DNA from: Octopus bimaculoides
Taxonomy: Eukaryota
Direction: 5' to 3'
Assembly: GCF_001194135.2 (NCBI RefSeq)
Contig: NC_068984.1
Span: 57,042,642 to 57,106,641 of the forward strand
DNA: 64,000 nucleotides
Notes under the pieces: model-generated
Told to the model about the DNA's origin: nothing
Seen by the model: only the letters and a program-made list of their open reading frames with translations
Databases searched by the model: none
Translations under genes and position numbers: made by a program
Shown here: positions 1-11,750 of the stretch, piece by piece
How positions within the stretch are numbered: position 1 is the first letter of the stretch
Layout of the letters: every line of letters begins with the position of its first letter

Positions 1-180
1 ATGCCATGAAAGCCTCCAGCATGACGTCCGACATGACCATTGAAGTCTCCAGCCACAAAGAGAAGGTCCCTGTCACTCGTCGACGAGGTAGTTTGCAAGA
101 GGGTGTCATAGAATTGGTCTTTCAGACCATCTGGTAGCCCTGGTTGAGGTGCATAGGCTGAGATGACAGTAGCTAATCTA
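1..180 (-). mobile_element. RTE-clade LINE, apurinic-type endonuclease fragment (runs off window start)
   Basis: Minus-strand translation TVISAYAPQPGLPDGLKDQFYDTLLQTTSSTSDRDLLFVAGDFNGHVGRHAGGFHG contains the SAYAPQ and GDFNGHVG motifs of RTE endonucleases. Confidence 0.85.
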
Positions 181-468
181 TGATGAAGCACTAGTCTAAT
201 CTTAAGTACTCTGTCACCCACCAGCCAGGAGATAGACTTCTTAATCAAATATTTGAGAGACAACAATGCATAAATCGTAATTTTTAAAAGAGCAATGAAA
301 CCTAGGTAAATAGAATAGATAAGTAGCATGAATTTAGGAAGCCTTTGTACAGGGAAAGATATATATATATATATATACATATATNNNNNNNNNNNNNNNN
401 NNNNNNNNNNNNNNNNNNNNNNNNNNNNNNNNNNNNNNNNNNNNNNNNNNNNNNNNNNNNNNNNNNNN

Positions 469-700
469 TATGTATGTGTGTGTGTATATGTTTGTGTGTC
501 TGTGTTTGTCTCCCCAACGTTCGCTTGACAACCGATGCTGGTGTGTTTACGTCCCCGTAACTTAGCGGTTCAGCTGAATAGACCGATAGAATAAGTACTA
601 GGCTTACAAAGAATAAGTCCTGGGGTCGATTAGCTCGGTTAAAAGGCGGTGCTCCAGCATGGCCACAGTCAAATGACTGAAACAAGTAAAAGAGTAAAGA
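469..700 (+). mobile_element. SINE family A, 3' half (5' half falls in the N gap)
   Basis: Nearly identical to 16620-16810 (GCTTGACAACCGATGCTGGTGTGTTTAC...GGTGCTCCAGCATGGCC..AGTCAAATGACT), with an AAAGAGT tail. Confidence 0.85.
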
Positions 701-796
701 GCAATGTAGAGTTACTTCAAACTTATTAAAATGCATATATTGCCAACAAATGTTTTGAATGCTAATTTCTTTCATGTTTTCACACGCTCATGTTTG

Positions 797-840
797 GTGT
801 GTGTGTGTGTGTGTGTGTGTGTACGCGCGCGCGCGTGCGT
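797..840. repeat. (GT)n-AC-(GC)n alternating purine-pyrimidine tract
   Basis: 44 nt of uninterrupted RY alternation including a CGCGCGCGCGCG run. Confidence 0.9.
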
Positions 841-1643
841 AAACAGACTCGTGATAAAAAAAAGACTTGTTGTTTCACAACTGATTGTTAGAGGGAGGTA
901 ACTTTTACACTACCAATTATAACCCAAGCTAGAGTTCATTAAGGAAGCATGAATTTTGAGGAGCTTCAGAGAATCCTTCTGTCATATAAACTCAATAATT
1001 TTACTATGAAAACGGAGAATAAAAAGAGAAATCTTCTTTCGTTCGTTCGTTCTTCTTTCTTCTATTTTGTTCTGCTTTATTTTCTTACTTTTTCTTTGGT
1101 TTTCCTTTTTTTTGTGTGCCAATTATAACCTACTCTGTGATTGAAACGGCAAAGCGATAGCTAAAGTACGGGCTAAATGAATTTCGGTGTTCTATTCAGT
1201 CTCTATGTTGTTACTTTATTTAAACATCACCTGGATGTTAAAATGACGTAGGTTGTCAACACGAATGATCACTAGTTCGTAAATATGAAACTAGGAATCG
1301 CTGTCGGTATCGAAAAAGTATATAAATAACTATATTGTTCGAACGACTTTGAAAACTATAATTACTATATTCTTTTGCAAAAAAATAATAACTTGTTTCT
1401 TACGAGTTGTTCAAATTGTATATAAAGTACAAATTTTATTTTTATATACATATATATATATATGCAAGCATGACGGATTCGCCGAATCGTTATGGCGTTG
1501 AATAGAATACTTTGCAGCTTTTGTTCTGGCTCACTTGTACCGCATAGATTAATCTTATCATCCGGTCATCTACTCTTTCAGAGTCAATAAAGTACCAGTA
1601 TCTAGGGTCGACTCCACCCCTTTCTCACTCACTCACTCACGCT

Positions 1644-1662
1644 CTCTCTCTCTCTCTCTCTC

Positions 1663-1707
<45 letters not shown>
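1644..1707. repeat. Compound (CT)n(TA)n(CA)n microsatellite
   Basis: Directly visible. Confidence 0.95.
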
Positions 1708-1718
<11 letters not shown>

Positions 1719-2096
1719 ACACACACAAATTGCCTCTAGTCAGACGAGAAAAGAAGGCTGAGCTCTCGGGTTTAAATGTTCAAGGCACGTTGTATTATGT
1801 GACCACACCATATGTAAAGGGAAATAAGTACTTATTATGAACAGGGCTGAATTTGCAATACAAGGGAAATAACTCTTTATAACGCATTGTTCGACATTTA
1901 CGTGTGTATATAACTCAAATAACGGTTATTTCCAATTGGATATAGAACAACTGTTTTATTTATATCGTTGTTTTCGTAGAATATTGTTACTATTCTTTCG
2001 GTATGAACATACAGAAAAAGTAAACTCATCTTTTTTTTTTAATTCTTAGCCTAATCAATATTATGTCCCCAGTATGTCATAAATCTGATTGCTTAC

Positions 2097-2333
2097 TGTC
2101 ATAAAAAAAAGGTCAAAGAAGGCTTTTATACAAACTTTATTTCTGCTCGCTGTCTGATCCCTTAATCACTGCTGTCCCACGATTGAGAGGCGTTGTAAAG
2201 ACAGTATCCATCTATCAACGTCATTCGACACTGCTGCATTTTCGTACTCGATGCAAAATAAGATATCTATATTTTTATCAATTATTTACTATGGTAGAAA
2301 GGAATTAATGATAGAATATTATAATTCATAACA
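2097..2333 (-). repeat. 3' LTR of the Gypsy element
   Basis: TGTCATAAA...CATAACA; aligns to 4044-4292. Confidence 0.9.
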
Positions 2334-2423
2334 GTCTTCCTTGCTGAGTAAAAAGTTAGTCACGGTGAATTCAAAACGTATAGTCCTTTAGATAAAAAGG
2401 GGTCTTAATAATTCGTCCTGATC

Positions 2424-3064
2424 TCAGTTTTCTCGTCTCTTTTTGTCCTTAAATAGTTGGCATGCAAAGCGGAGAGAAATCGTCTCCAACAATCTAACGT
2501 TTTCTGCAAGAGGATCCCCCTTATTTCTGAGATGTCGACGATGCAGTATTGTGCTTCTGATATTCTGGAAGAATTCAGATAGAATGGTTCCCACTATCGA
2601 TGATCTTAAAAATCTAAACATTCGCTCATGAGGGCTTGTGTTGGTAGTTGTGCAGAGAAGTCCTCTCATAGCTGCAGCCATTTTTTTTTATCTCAGTGAA
2701 CTAAGTGCTATATTTATGGTCTTCATGGTCCTTTTACATTGGTTATTGGCTTGAGGTTGATAGAGAAATGTTCTAGTTTTTATTGTTCCATTAGCATGAA
2801 GGAAGTCCTGGAGCATTTTATTATCAAATTGGGTTCCTCTGTCAGAGTGAAAACAACTTAGTGATCCAAATAATGAAAGAGGTTGAGCAGGTGGGAAATT
2901 ACTGTTTTGGTACTCATGTCTTTGCATAGGTATACGGATGGGTACCTTGAGTACTCATTGACTATTACCAATAAGTAGTGGTATTGTGTGGTTGATGGCA
3001 GGAGTCCAACAAAGTCAATGGAGAGGCAATCCCAAGGTCTCAATGCCTGTATTAATTGACCCAT
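2424..3064 (-). pseudogene. Gypsy integrase, frameshifted
   Basis: RPWDCLSIDFVGLLP..YLLVIVNEYSRYP; FHSDRGTQF...PQANNQCKR; LLCTTTNTSPHERMF...RHLRNKGDPL. Confidence 0.9.
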
Positions 3065-3600
3065 AAGTGGTTTGTGGAAGCGGGGTCTGAGATGTTATGA
3101 AGCATTGAGCTCGCCAAGGACTATGGCTTTCTTGAATTATGTCCTCTGAAAGTAACCTGTCTATTTCATGCTTAATAAACTCTGCATCTCTAGGACTGCA
3201 TCTTGGGGTTGTTATAATTGGTTTCAGCTTAGCGGTCTTTATGCCAGGAGGTAGTTTGTACGCAGTCCATTTTAGGCTTGACATGGAGAATGACATAAGT
3301 TTGAGCATGCCTCTGATCTCAATTGTAACTGCCAAGTGTTGACTGAGGATATTGATTCTGATGATGACCGGAGTTACAAGATGGACAGCCACAAGGAAAT
3401 TAGTGTTATATGTGTTCTTTCCCAGTTATCATCTGCTACTGAATTTGCCTTTAATTTCCAGTGCTGTGTTGTTGGCCAAGTTAACTTTTTGGGGGCAGGT
3501 GTGATTGAATTGTAATCCCCAGACTGCAAGAAGATTTGCTTTTATAAAGGTCTTGTCAGAACCCGTGTCAAAAAGGGCTTGTGTATTGTTGTCCTTAATT
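3065..3600 (-). pseudogene. Gypsy aspartic protease and RT N-terminus
   Basis: ALFDTGSDKTFI near 3540-3590; IKHEIDRLLSEDIIQESHSPWRAQ at about 3095-3170. Confidence 0.85.
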
Positions 3601-3689
3601 TTTACAGGTACCAGCTGTCCTGTACTATTTGTTACTGCTAAAGTGATGGATGATAAGGCCCCATCACTGTTTTCCTCTTAGTCACTCTT

Positions 3690-4030
3690 GGGCTCTGTGA
3701 TAGCTGCTGTTTTAGGGAAGTTTCAGTTTTTTTTAGAGGCTTTTTTGAGAGGCAGACTTTCTCCCGGTGGCCTTTCTTCTGACACCTTTTGCAAGTGGAG
3801 TTTCTCACCAGGCATTATTTTTTTGAGTCCAGGCATTCTATTGCTGCCTCAAAAGTTTCAGATTCTTCAATGATGGGGTAGGTCTTTGCTCCACAGAGGA
3901 CTAAGAGTACTTCCAGTTTAGATTCATCTGGAACTTTTGTTATGTAGATGTGTACCATTTGTTTCCAGTAAATATAATCTTCCTCAGTTGGGTCGTCTGG
4001 TAGCGTCCTCTCAAACACTTTGGCATCCAT
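3690..4030 (-). pseudogene. Gypsy gag N-terminus
   Basis: MDAKVFERTLPDDPTEEDYIYWKQ...KLEVLL...TFEAAIECL starts 13 nt after the 5' LTR and resembles Gypsy gag N-termini. Confidence 0.7.
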
Positions 4031-4043
4031 TTAGAATAAAATT

Positions 4044-4292
4044 TGTCATAAACCAGTTCAAAGAAGCCTTTTATTCAAACTTTATTTCTGCTCGACATTT
4101 AATCCGTTAATCACTGCTGTCCAACGATTAAGATGCATTGTTTTATATTAAGTAAAGACAGTATCCATCTATCAACATCATTCGACACTATGCCGCATTT
4201 TCATACTCAATTCAAAATAAGATATCTATATTTTTATCTATTATTTACTGTTGTAGAAAGGAATTAATGATAGGATATCATAATTCATAACA
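4044..4292 (-). repeat. 5' LTR of the Gypsy element
   Basis: Aligns to 2097-2333; TG...CA termini. Confidence 0.9.
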
Positions 4293-4734
4293 ATTACCTG
4301 TGTAGAATAATACTGTATAAAGTAATAAATTTATGTCTTTACAAAAATAAGAATTTGACTCGATAATGCCATTACCATTCATATCAATATTTATGAAGTT
4401 ATAAATGTAACTGGTAAGGGATTTACTTTGATAATTCTTCTTTTGACATGTTATTTTTTTTGTTTTGTTGTGTTGCATCTTGAATATTTATTCTTGTAAT
4501 CGGGCTATAAAATTACGTTAATGAAATTGTATTCAGGGGAAAACTCAAGGAAAACTATTTGCTTTATTTGTCTTATTTAGTATGCATGTGCATGTGGTGA
4601 AATGATGTAATACACTTGGATAAAAGTTTAGAACAGGATTTGAAGTCAATGTCTTCAAATTCATATATAAAACAGCTGAGATTTTAATGTTAGGCCAATT
4701 CATTACTTTGGTGTGTAATATCCTGTGTGTTTGT

Positions 4735-4860
4735 GTATGATTAAGAAACTTATTTCACAAGCACGCTATTTCAGATTCAGTTCTACTGCATGGCATCTTG
4801 GGCAAATGCCTTCTACTATAATCTCAGGATTGCCAATACCTTGCGAGTGAAATTGAAGTC
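4735..4860 (+). mobile_element. Decayed SINE family A head
   Basis: CTGCATGGCATCTTGGGCAAATGCCTTCTACTATA matches the head of the 16418 copy. Confidence 0.6.
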
Positions 4861-4867
4861 TGTCATA

Positions 4868-5700
4868 GAGAATGTGGTGAATAAACCATTGTCTAAATTA
4901 CACAAAAATGAATTTAACACTAACATCTCATTTTAACAGGTATATTTACCGAAATTACATAACAATATCTAGAAATACTAAAGAGTAAATTTATTCAATA
5001 AAATCGCCATTGGCTTCAACCATGGCTTCTAGACAACTCCAGAATCTCCTGAAACTCTCCTGGACAGTCTCCTTGCTTAAGTTGGTGAATGCTGCCATAA
5101 TCCTTGCCTTGTTGGTCTTTTGTTCAACTGTGCTCCACACATAATAATCAAGGGGGTTGCAGTCTGGGGGTGTTAGGTGGCCAGATGTTAGTAGTGATGT
5201 GGTCGCAGAAATTGTCTGACAGCCATGACTGGGTTCTTTTGCTTGTGTGGCATGGTGCAGAGTCCTGTTACCAGACACGGTCTTCCAGCAGCCACCCTCT
5301 TGGTCCTGTGCAGCACTACCTACTCCAGGCACTTGATGCAGGCCTCCTTGTTGAGTATGAGGCCATGTGGGAAGATGAATGGAGGCATGAAATTGCCATC
5401 ACTAGTGATCACTCCATACACCATGATGTTGACTGGATGTTTGATTTTTATCATTCTCAATACTTGTCTTCAGATGGACACCCAAACACTCTGAAATATT
5501 CATATTGGAGCTTCCAGCATGAATGCCAAGCAGTACAGCATGTCGTTTCCAAATTTCTGGCAGAGTGAATTGCATCATGGTGCTGTTTTTCTGATAGATG
5601 GTGCCCAACTAACCCTACTATACTGTGTAGTTGACAAGATAAAAAAAAACAATGCGCGAAATTAAAAATATAAAATTGCAACAATTTACCATCGCACCTG
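4868..5700 (-). mobile_element. Internally deleted Tc1/mariner element, maT (DD37D)-like
   Basis: Minus-strand pieces KRHAVLLGIHAG (N-terminal HTH region), GVITSDGNFMPPFIFP, PDCNPLDYYVW and EANGDFIE*. Right end CACCTG-TA; left end aligns to 55411. Confidence 0.85.
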
Positions 5701-5723
5701 TATATGTGTGTGTGTGTGTGTAT

Positions 5724-6098
5724 GTTACCTGTGGAAGAGGTAGGCCCAGGAAGATGTGGAATGAGGTGGTGAAGTATGATCTTTGGATGTTGAATCTCAC
5801 AGAGGTGGTGACAAGTGACCAAGACCTTTGGCGATTTGCTGTGCTTGAGAAGATATGTCAAGCTAAGTGAAATCGTAGTCATGGCCACTGTCATTGACAC
5901 ATAAGAGGCACCTATGTTGGTGACACATAAAAGGCATTCAGTACACTGTGTGGAGTGGTTGATGTTAGGAAGGGTATCCAGCCATAGAATCCAAGTCAAA
6001 ACAGACTGGAGCTTGTGCAACTTCGCTCCTTGGGTTACCAGCTCTAGTTAAACCATCTTACCCATGATAGCATGGAAAACGGATGCTAAATGATAATG
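5724..6098 (+). mobile_element. RTE LINE 3' end (ORF C-terminus and 3' UTR)
   Basis: RGRPRKMWNEVVKYDL...DQDLWRFAV is a typical RTE C-terminus; the UTR ends CCCATG.TAGCATGGAAAACGG..(ATG)n. Confidence 0.85.
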
Positions 6099-8398
6099 GT
6101 CTGTGTGTGTATTTCTGTTCTTGCTTTCATGTCTGTCTTTACAATGACACTGATTAAAAAACAATACTTTGGTGTTTGCCTCAAAATTTAGCAGTATGAC
6201 AAATATTGTTAAGTAACCGATTTAACAAGTACAAGGGTTAACATAATTGTGTTCCGCCATACAGACAACCTAATGGTTGAAGGAAATAAAATGATAAAAG
6301 AATGTGTGTGCATGTGTATGCTATTTTATATAATAAATCTGAAGGGTTTCTTTTTCAAAATATTGTAAAACTACTACCAATGCTACAGTCCTATAAATAT
6401 TGTAAAACTACTACCAATGCTACTGCCAATTAAATATTTCATATTTAATTTGGTCAGCTAAGCATTATGTTGGTGTTTATTTTGTTGACAATTGAAAATT
6501 GAACCTGGAATTTTTCCATAAATTTGTGAACCTGAAATCAACATTGACCATTGTTTTGGTGATGTCTATAGAGCTCAGCATTAGCCCTGAGGGAGTTTTA
6601 AAGGTCTGCAAGTACAAAATTTAGTTCTGAGTTGAAGCTTCATTATTTATGCCGCTTATGTCCTTAATGCAAGGCAGAAATATAATATAACATTCTATCA
6701 TTTTTCTGATCTGAAAACTTTGTGACAGTGTACCTCAGTAAAATGTCAGTGAGAGAGAGGGAGTGAGTGAGTGTGAGAGAGAGAGAGAGAGGGGAGAGAG
6801 AGAGAGAGAGAGAGAGAGAATTTGTGTAGGGACATTATTATCATAAACATTTTAATCATTATCATAAAAGATAGGGCAATGTAGACAGAATCAGTGCAAC
6901 ATCAAACAAAATATTTTGTGTAATTTAGTCCTTTGACTTTCTAAATTTAAAATCTACTGAAATTAGCTTTGCTTTTTATCCTTCCAAGGTTACAAATATA
7001 TAACCAGTCAAGGACTGGGGTTGATATAATCAACTGTTCCTTCTAAAATTTGTCTTTTTGTGCCTTTATAAAAGTCTTTTTTATAGAGAACATGATTTGG
7101 CCATATAAGTCTTTACAATTGAAGCTGTTTCATTAATGAGTAATTGACTTGAAAGAAAAGCTCAAACAGTGTTTTATTTCCTTTTTCATTACTTTTAAAG
7201 TCTTATAGCTGACCAATATTATTCTTTCAATAAGTTTTCATTTTGTTTGTTCTTCACACAAACACGGGTATATACCAGTGAAACAATATTGTAAAGATTA
7301 AACTCTTGGTGATCCTTGTTTCAAACATTCTTGTGTGTAATGTATTAGAATAGGTTTCTGTCACATTAGTTAGATAAATAAGAACTTAACTCAACTCTAT
7401 AGATTGAAGTGGTAATGTTCTGTAACTAAAACATTGCTACCATAGTTTACTGCTATACTCTGTACCTATTCATGGTACCTATTCTCAAGGGTGACTGGGC
7501 TAGCAAGAGCTGAGTAATTGTTTTAGTCATAGACTCGTTCATCAAAACAGGATATGAACTATCAATTCATAGTATGGCATTTTAACAACAATCTTTCAAC
7601 AGTAGTCTCTCTTCTCTCTGCATATTTAAACTCTTATATATTATAATGGTTTTAAAATAATGTTATTATGAAGTTTGGGTCCTGTCCAAATATTATGTTG
7701 AATAGTTAGAGTAAAAGAGTACATTAAAAGTACATGTTATGTAACTGTATATCTTAGGGGGCAAAAAATTATTATTTATATTATAATTGAAACGAGACAG
7801 GGCTCTAAAGATAAGCCATTCTGGAAAGCAAATCCCTTTTCTGTTGTTACTGATTTTTATCTAATACTAAGTTTAGATGAACAAAAAAGAAACAAATTCT
7901 TCTGGGAGATGTCATGAGTTGGCAGATGGAAACATTTTATCAAGTAACAAGTTACAGCTTCCTATTTACTTATGTCTCAAAGGATGTCACTATTTTAGTG
8001 GATGTATGATTCGTTTGTTTGTTCATATAAATAAATAAATGTATTCAGGTGTGTATGGATGTTTTTTGATATATTTTTTTTTTTTTACAAGAGAAATAAT
8101 ATATACATACAGTCTGGAAAAGGAATGTTATCATGCTAAATCTAAAGGCTAGCACACCTAATAAATCAAATTTATCTTCTGTTTGTTGCATTTTCCCTAA
8201 TTACCTTTATTTTTCATGTTCATGTTACTCAATTCATCAGATAATCAAGAGATATAAAGTGTCAGTAAAAGTGAAATTGCATTCTGTATAGACAGCTGGA
8301 AAGACTTTTTTTTTTTTTGACATTCACTTTCATTGATATTTTATGCTATGATGGTTATAGATATTCTAAAATATGATCTGATGACGATGATTGAGATA

Positions 8399-8429
<31 letters not shown>

Positions 8430-8688
8430 NNNNNNNNNNNNNNNNNNNNNNNNNNNNNNNNNNNNNNNNNNNNNNNNNNNNNNNNNNNNNNNNNNNNNNN
8501 NNNNNNNNNNNNNNNNNNNNNNNNNNNNNNNNNNNNNNNNNNNNNNNNNNNNNNNNNNNNNNNNNNNNNNNNNNNNNNNNNNNNNNNNNNNNNNNNNNNN
8601 NNNNNNNNNNNNNNNNNNNNNNNNNNNNNNNNNNNNNNNNNNNNNNNNNNNNNNNNNNNNNNNNNNNNNNNNNNNNNNNNNNNNNNNN

Positions 8689-8720
<32 letters not shown>

Positions 8721-8855
8721 CATTTAAAGATTTCATTCTACTTTTAAATGACACTGTTACTTTTGTATATATGCATAAAATCCAGTGTAAAAAGAATATT
8801 TATTAGTGATGGAGGCAGTATTAATACTGAGAGGTAATATTTATCCCTGCTTAAA

Positions 8856-9032
8856 TCTGTTAGAACAAACTATACTGTGGTAGTTGCCATGAGAGAAACT
8901 CTCATATTGCCTTTTGGTGCAAAATGCGCTGTTTATGTTGCGAGTGATATAAACAATAGTACATTTTGCACCAAAAGCCAGTATGAGAGTTTCCCTCATG
9001 GCAACTACCGCAGTATAGTTTGTTCTAACAGA
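8856..9032. repeat. Fold-back inverted repeat (MITE-like)
   Basis: 71-bp arms 8856-8926 and 8962-9032 are reverse complements with about 5 mismatches. Confidence 0.9.
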
Positions 9033-9744
9033 ATATCCATGTTCAAGTGGGGATAATAACCAGGTGTGTATAAATCAATTATGTATGTGTATGTATGTAT
9101 GTATGTATGTATGTATGCATGCATACATTGTGCATATAACAAATATTGATCCAAAGTAACTTTTAACTTTTCATTCTATGAGTACACTTATCACTTCATT
9201 GTCCCAGCCAATATCATCTAGCTGTTTACTCACATAAGCCAGTGAAGAAGCCTCTACATACTTGCTCAATATGCTAGAAATAGCAGACAAATATTTCAAA
9301 CTATACCCAATTGGTTTAAAACTTTAGTACATTGGATATATAGACTGGAGTACACGGAGTGAAGGAAATAGGTTGGCCTTTAATCATAGAGCTGTTGTAG
9401 CAGGTTTGACCAAAGGTCAAACAACTACAGTCATATATACTATTTCTTCTACTAACAAAACTCAAGACTGTTCACTTCATAGTAAGGTTTATAAAGTTAA
9501 CAAGTTCTAATTAGTCACAAACTGTTCAATGTACTAACCAAATTCTCTTGTTCCCTAAATAATATATTATTCCCTTCATTTTGCTTGTTATGATTTTAGT
9601 CTCTTATTTTTTTTTATCCTTCATAAATCATTGTGCTAGAAGCTGATCCTCTTTCCCAAGTGTCTCATAGTTGGAAAACTTCAATATCATACTTACTAGT
9701 TTTGGCCATCTGGCAGAAGTCCAACCTTTGGGAAATATGCTACA

Positions 9745-9890
9745 AATTTATGGGCATTACAGCATCCAGCTGTAAGAACCAAACTAAAACAAACGACTGG
9801 TGTCTGGTGCAGCTCTCTGGCTTACCAGCTCCAGTTAAACCATCTAACCCATGCTAGCATGGAAAACGGACATTAAATGATGATGAGTAA
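9745..9890 (+). mobile_element. RTE-type 3' UTR fragment
   Basis: GCATCCAGCTGTAAGAACC...CCCATGCTAGCATGGAAAACGGAC, ATG tail. Confidence 0.75.
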
Positions 9891-10271
9891 TGATACTTTC
9901 AGGTAAAAAAAAGTCCATGCACTATTTAGGGATGAGAAAGAAGTGAGGTTATCCACTGCATGGCTTAAGAACCTTAAACACTACAGACTTAGATGCAAGT
10001 ATTTAAATAAAACCTAATCTATTTCCCATTACTTCAGCTTTTCTCTAATCTTTTTTGGTTATATTCTGACCAACCTAACCTAAGAAATTAGAAATGTCCT
10101 TTCCAGTTTACCTTAATATCTGAGCTTAAAATAATAAATGGTTCAGAAATGTTAATAATTGTTGTGAAATAAGAATATATAATTTACATATAGCACTGTA
10201 TGTTGTCTTTCATTCCCAGTCATATTTTTCATAGAATATATATTCTTTGTCATATTTTCTATCAATATTAA

Positions 10272-10460
10272 TTTTAAATTTTGGCACAAGATCAGCAATT
10301 TTGGGGGAAGGGATAAGTCGATTACATCAACCTCAGGACTCAATTACTACTTATTTTATCAACCCTAAAAGGATAAAAGGATGAAGGGCAACGTCTACCT
10401 CGGAGGAATTTGAACTCAGAATGTGAAGACAGATAAAATGCCACTAGTGCCAGCATGCCA
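10272..10460 (-). mobile_element. SINE family C (ATT-tailed)
   Basis: Aligns to 42107-42311 and 36110-36322. Confidence 0.8.
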
Positions 10461-11650
10461 CCTTATATTTTCTTTCATCATTGCAATACTTAACTTCTTC
10501 AGTACCATTCATGTTCAACTGTCCCTTCCTAATCTGGAAGGTTCTAATGAGATATGACCTGTGGATTCTTTACCTGGATGTAGCAATCTTTGGATAAAAT
10601 ATTTGTTTTAATTTAACCTAATAAAAAGTAAAATATATCTTGGTTCTACATCATGAATAATAAGAGAATATATCTAGTGAGCCATTAATTAGAGTAGCAA
10701 CAACAAAAATGTTCGCTTCACTGGTTAGTAATAGCAGCCAAACTCCCCTCAAATCACAGTCTATTGTTAAAAAAAGGGAAGGATACATTAGATAATGTGA
10801 TCCATGATACACTATTTTTATTTACCAACAAAAAAAAAAAAAGGGAAAACAATTAGGGGTTTTTTGTACTTTTGTTAGCTGTTTTGTTCTTAATTAAAAA
10901 TATTGGCATTTATAAACTATATATGTAAAGGTGGTTGAGAAACTTGTTAAATAGCAGAATTACACATTGTGTCCTTGTCATTTGCAAAAGTCTGACACAT
11001 GAAAATGATGGTTGTAATTGAGATAGAAAGATTTTAGAAGACAAAACAAATTCCCCTTTAAATAACCCCACTAGGTACCACAATGATCTTTGGAAAAATT
11101 AAGTATTCACACAGAGTAAAGTGAAATCCACTCTCATATTCCACGAGATGTTTCATGTTCCATTTCTGTCTTGTTTTGTTTTAGTTTTATTTTAAAGAAT
11201 GTGTGTTCTTTGGGGAATTTTCAAAGAGGTAACAGTACATTGCATTCAGTAAATCATTTTGTGACAAAGTGAAATATTTACTCTTAAAATAAAAAAACTA
11301 GTGCATGCCAGATTACTCAATAGATTACAGCTGTTATTCCTTGAAATATCAAGAGTTCTCTCTTGGACAGAAGTTTAACAGCTTTTGCTTTATATTGGTG
11401 TATTTATAGATCTCTTTGATGCGCATGTGCATGTGTGCAAGCACACACACACATACACACAGTCACTCATTCGTGCACATGTGTGTGTGGTTGGTGAGGG
11501 TGATTTAATAAATGAACCTGTATTTACACCCACTTCTTTCTCTCTTTTATTATTTTCTATTTAAAATTTAAACAAGTCATATAGGTTGTAATTCCTTGTC
11601 CTTCTAAATGAAGAGAAAGAAGTCCTATGTACTATTTGTATTATTTATAG

Positions 11651-11750
11651 CTCCTTTCTGGCATCACAGAAAATCCAAACAGCTATGGCAAGTTATTTGA
11701 TGTTCAAGTTTTGGTCACCTAAGAGGTCAACACAGGTCATAACAGAGGAA
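11651..11750 (+). CDS. Candidate exon of an unidentified host gene (may hold the start codon: MASYLMFKFWSPKRSTQVITEE)
   Basis: TTTATAG acceptor, GTAAGA donor, one open frame. No homology recognised. Confidence 0.2.

Larger units (their letters stand above)
780..2700. promoter_or_regulatory. CpG-rich, probably unmethylated promoter-like region
   Basis: CG dinucleotides are frequent here and nearly absent from unique sequence beyond ~6 kb. Promoter function is inferred. Confidence 0.4.
2097..4292 (-). mobile_element. Internally deleted, decayed Ty3/Gypsy LTR retrotransposon
   Basis: Direct repeats 2097-2333 and 4044-4292 with TG...CA ends; flanks CTTAC/ATTAC (5-bp TSD, 1 mismatch). Minus strand carries gag, protease ALFDTGSDKTFI, the RT N-terminus and integrase in Gypsy order. 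Most of RT and RNase H is missing. Confidence 0.92.

Noticed and set aside
302-775. ORFs rich in IYIY, CVCV, HTHT or X (also at 8.3, 23.1, 24.4, 29.5 and 56 kb)
   Set aside because: They are translations of dinucleotide microsatellites and N gaps.
5104-5568. 154-aa plus-strand ORF
   Set aside because: It is antisense to the decayed maT transposase.
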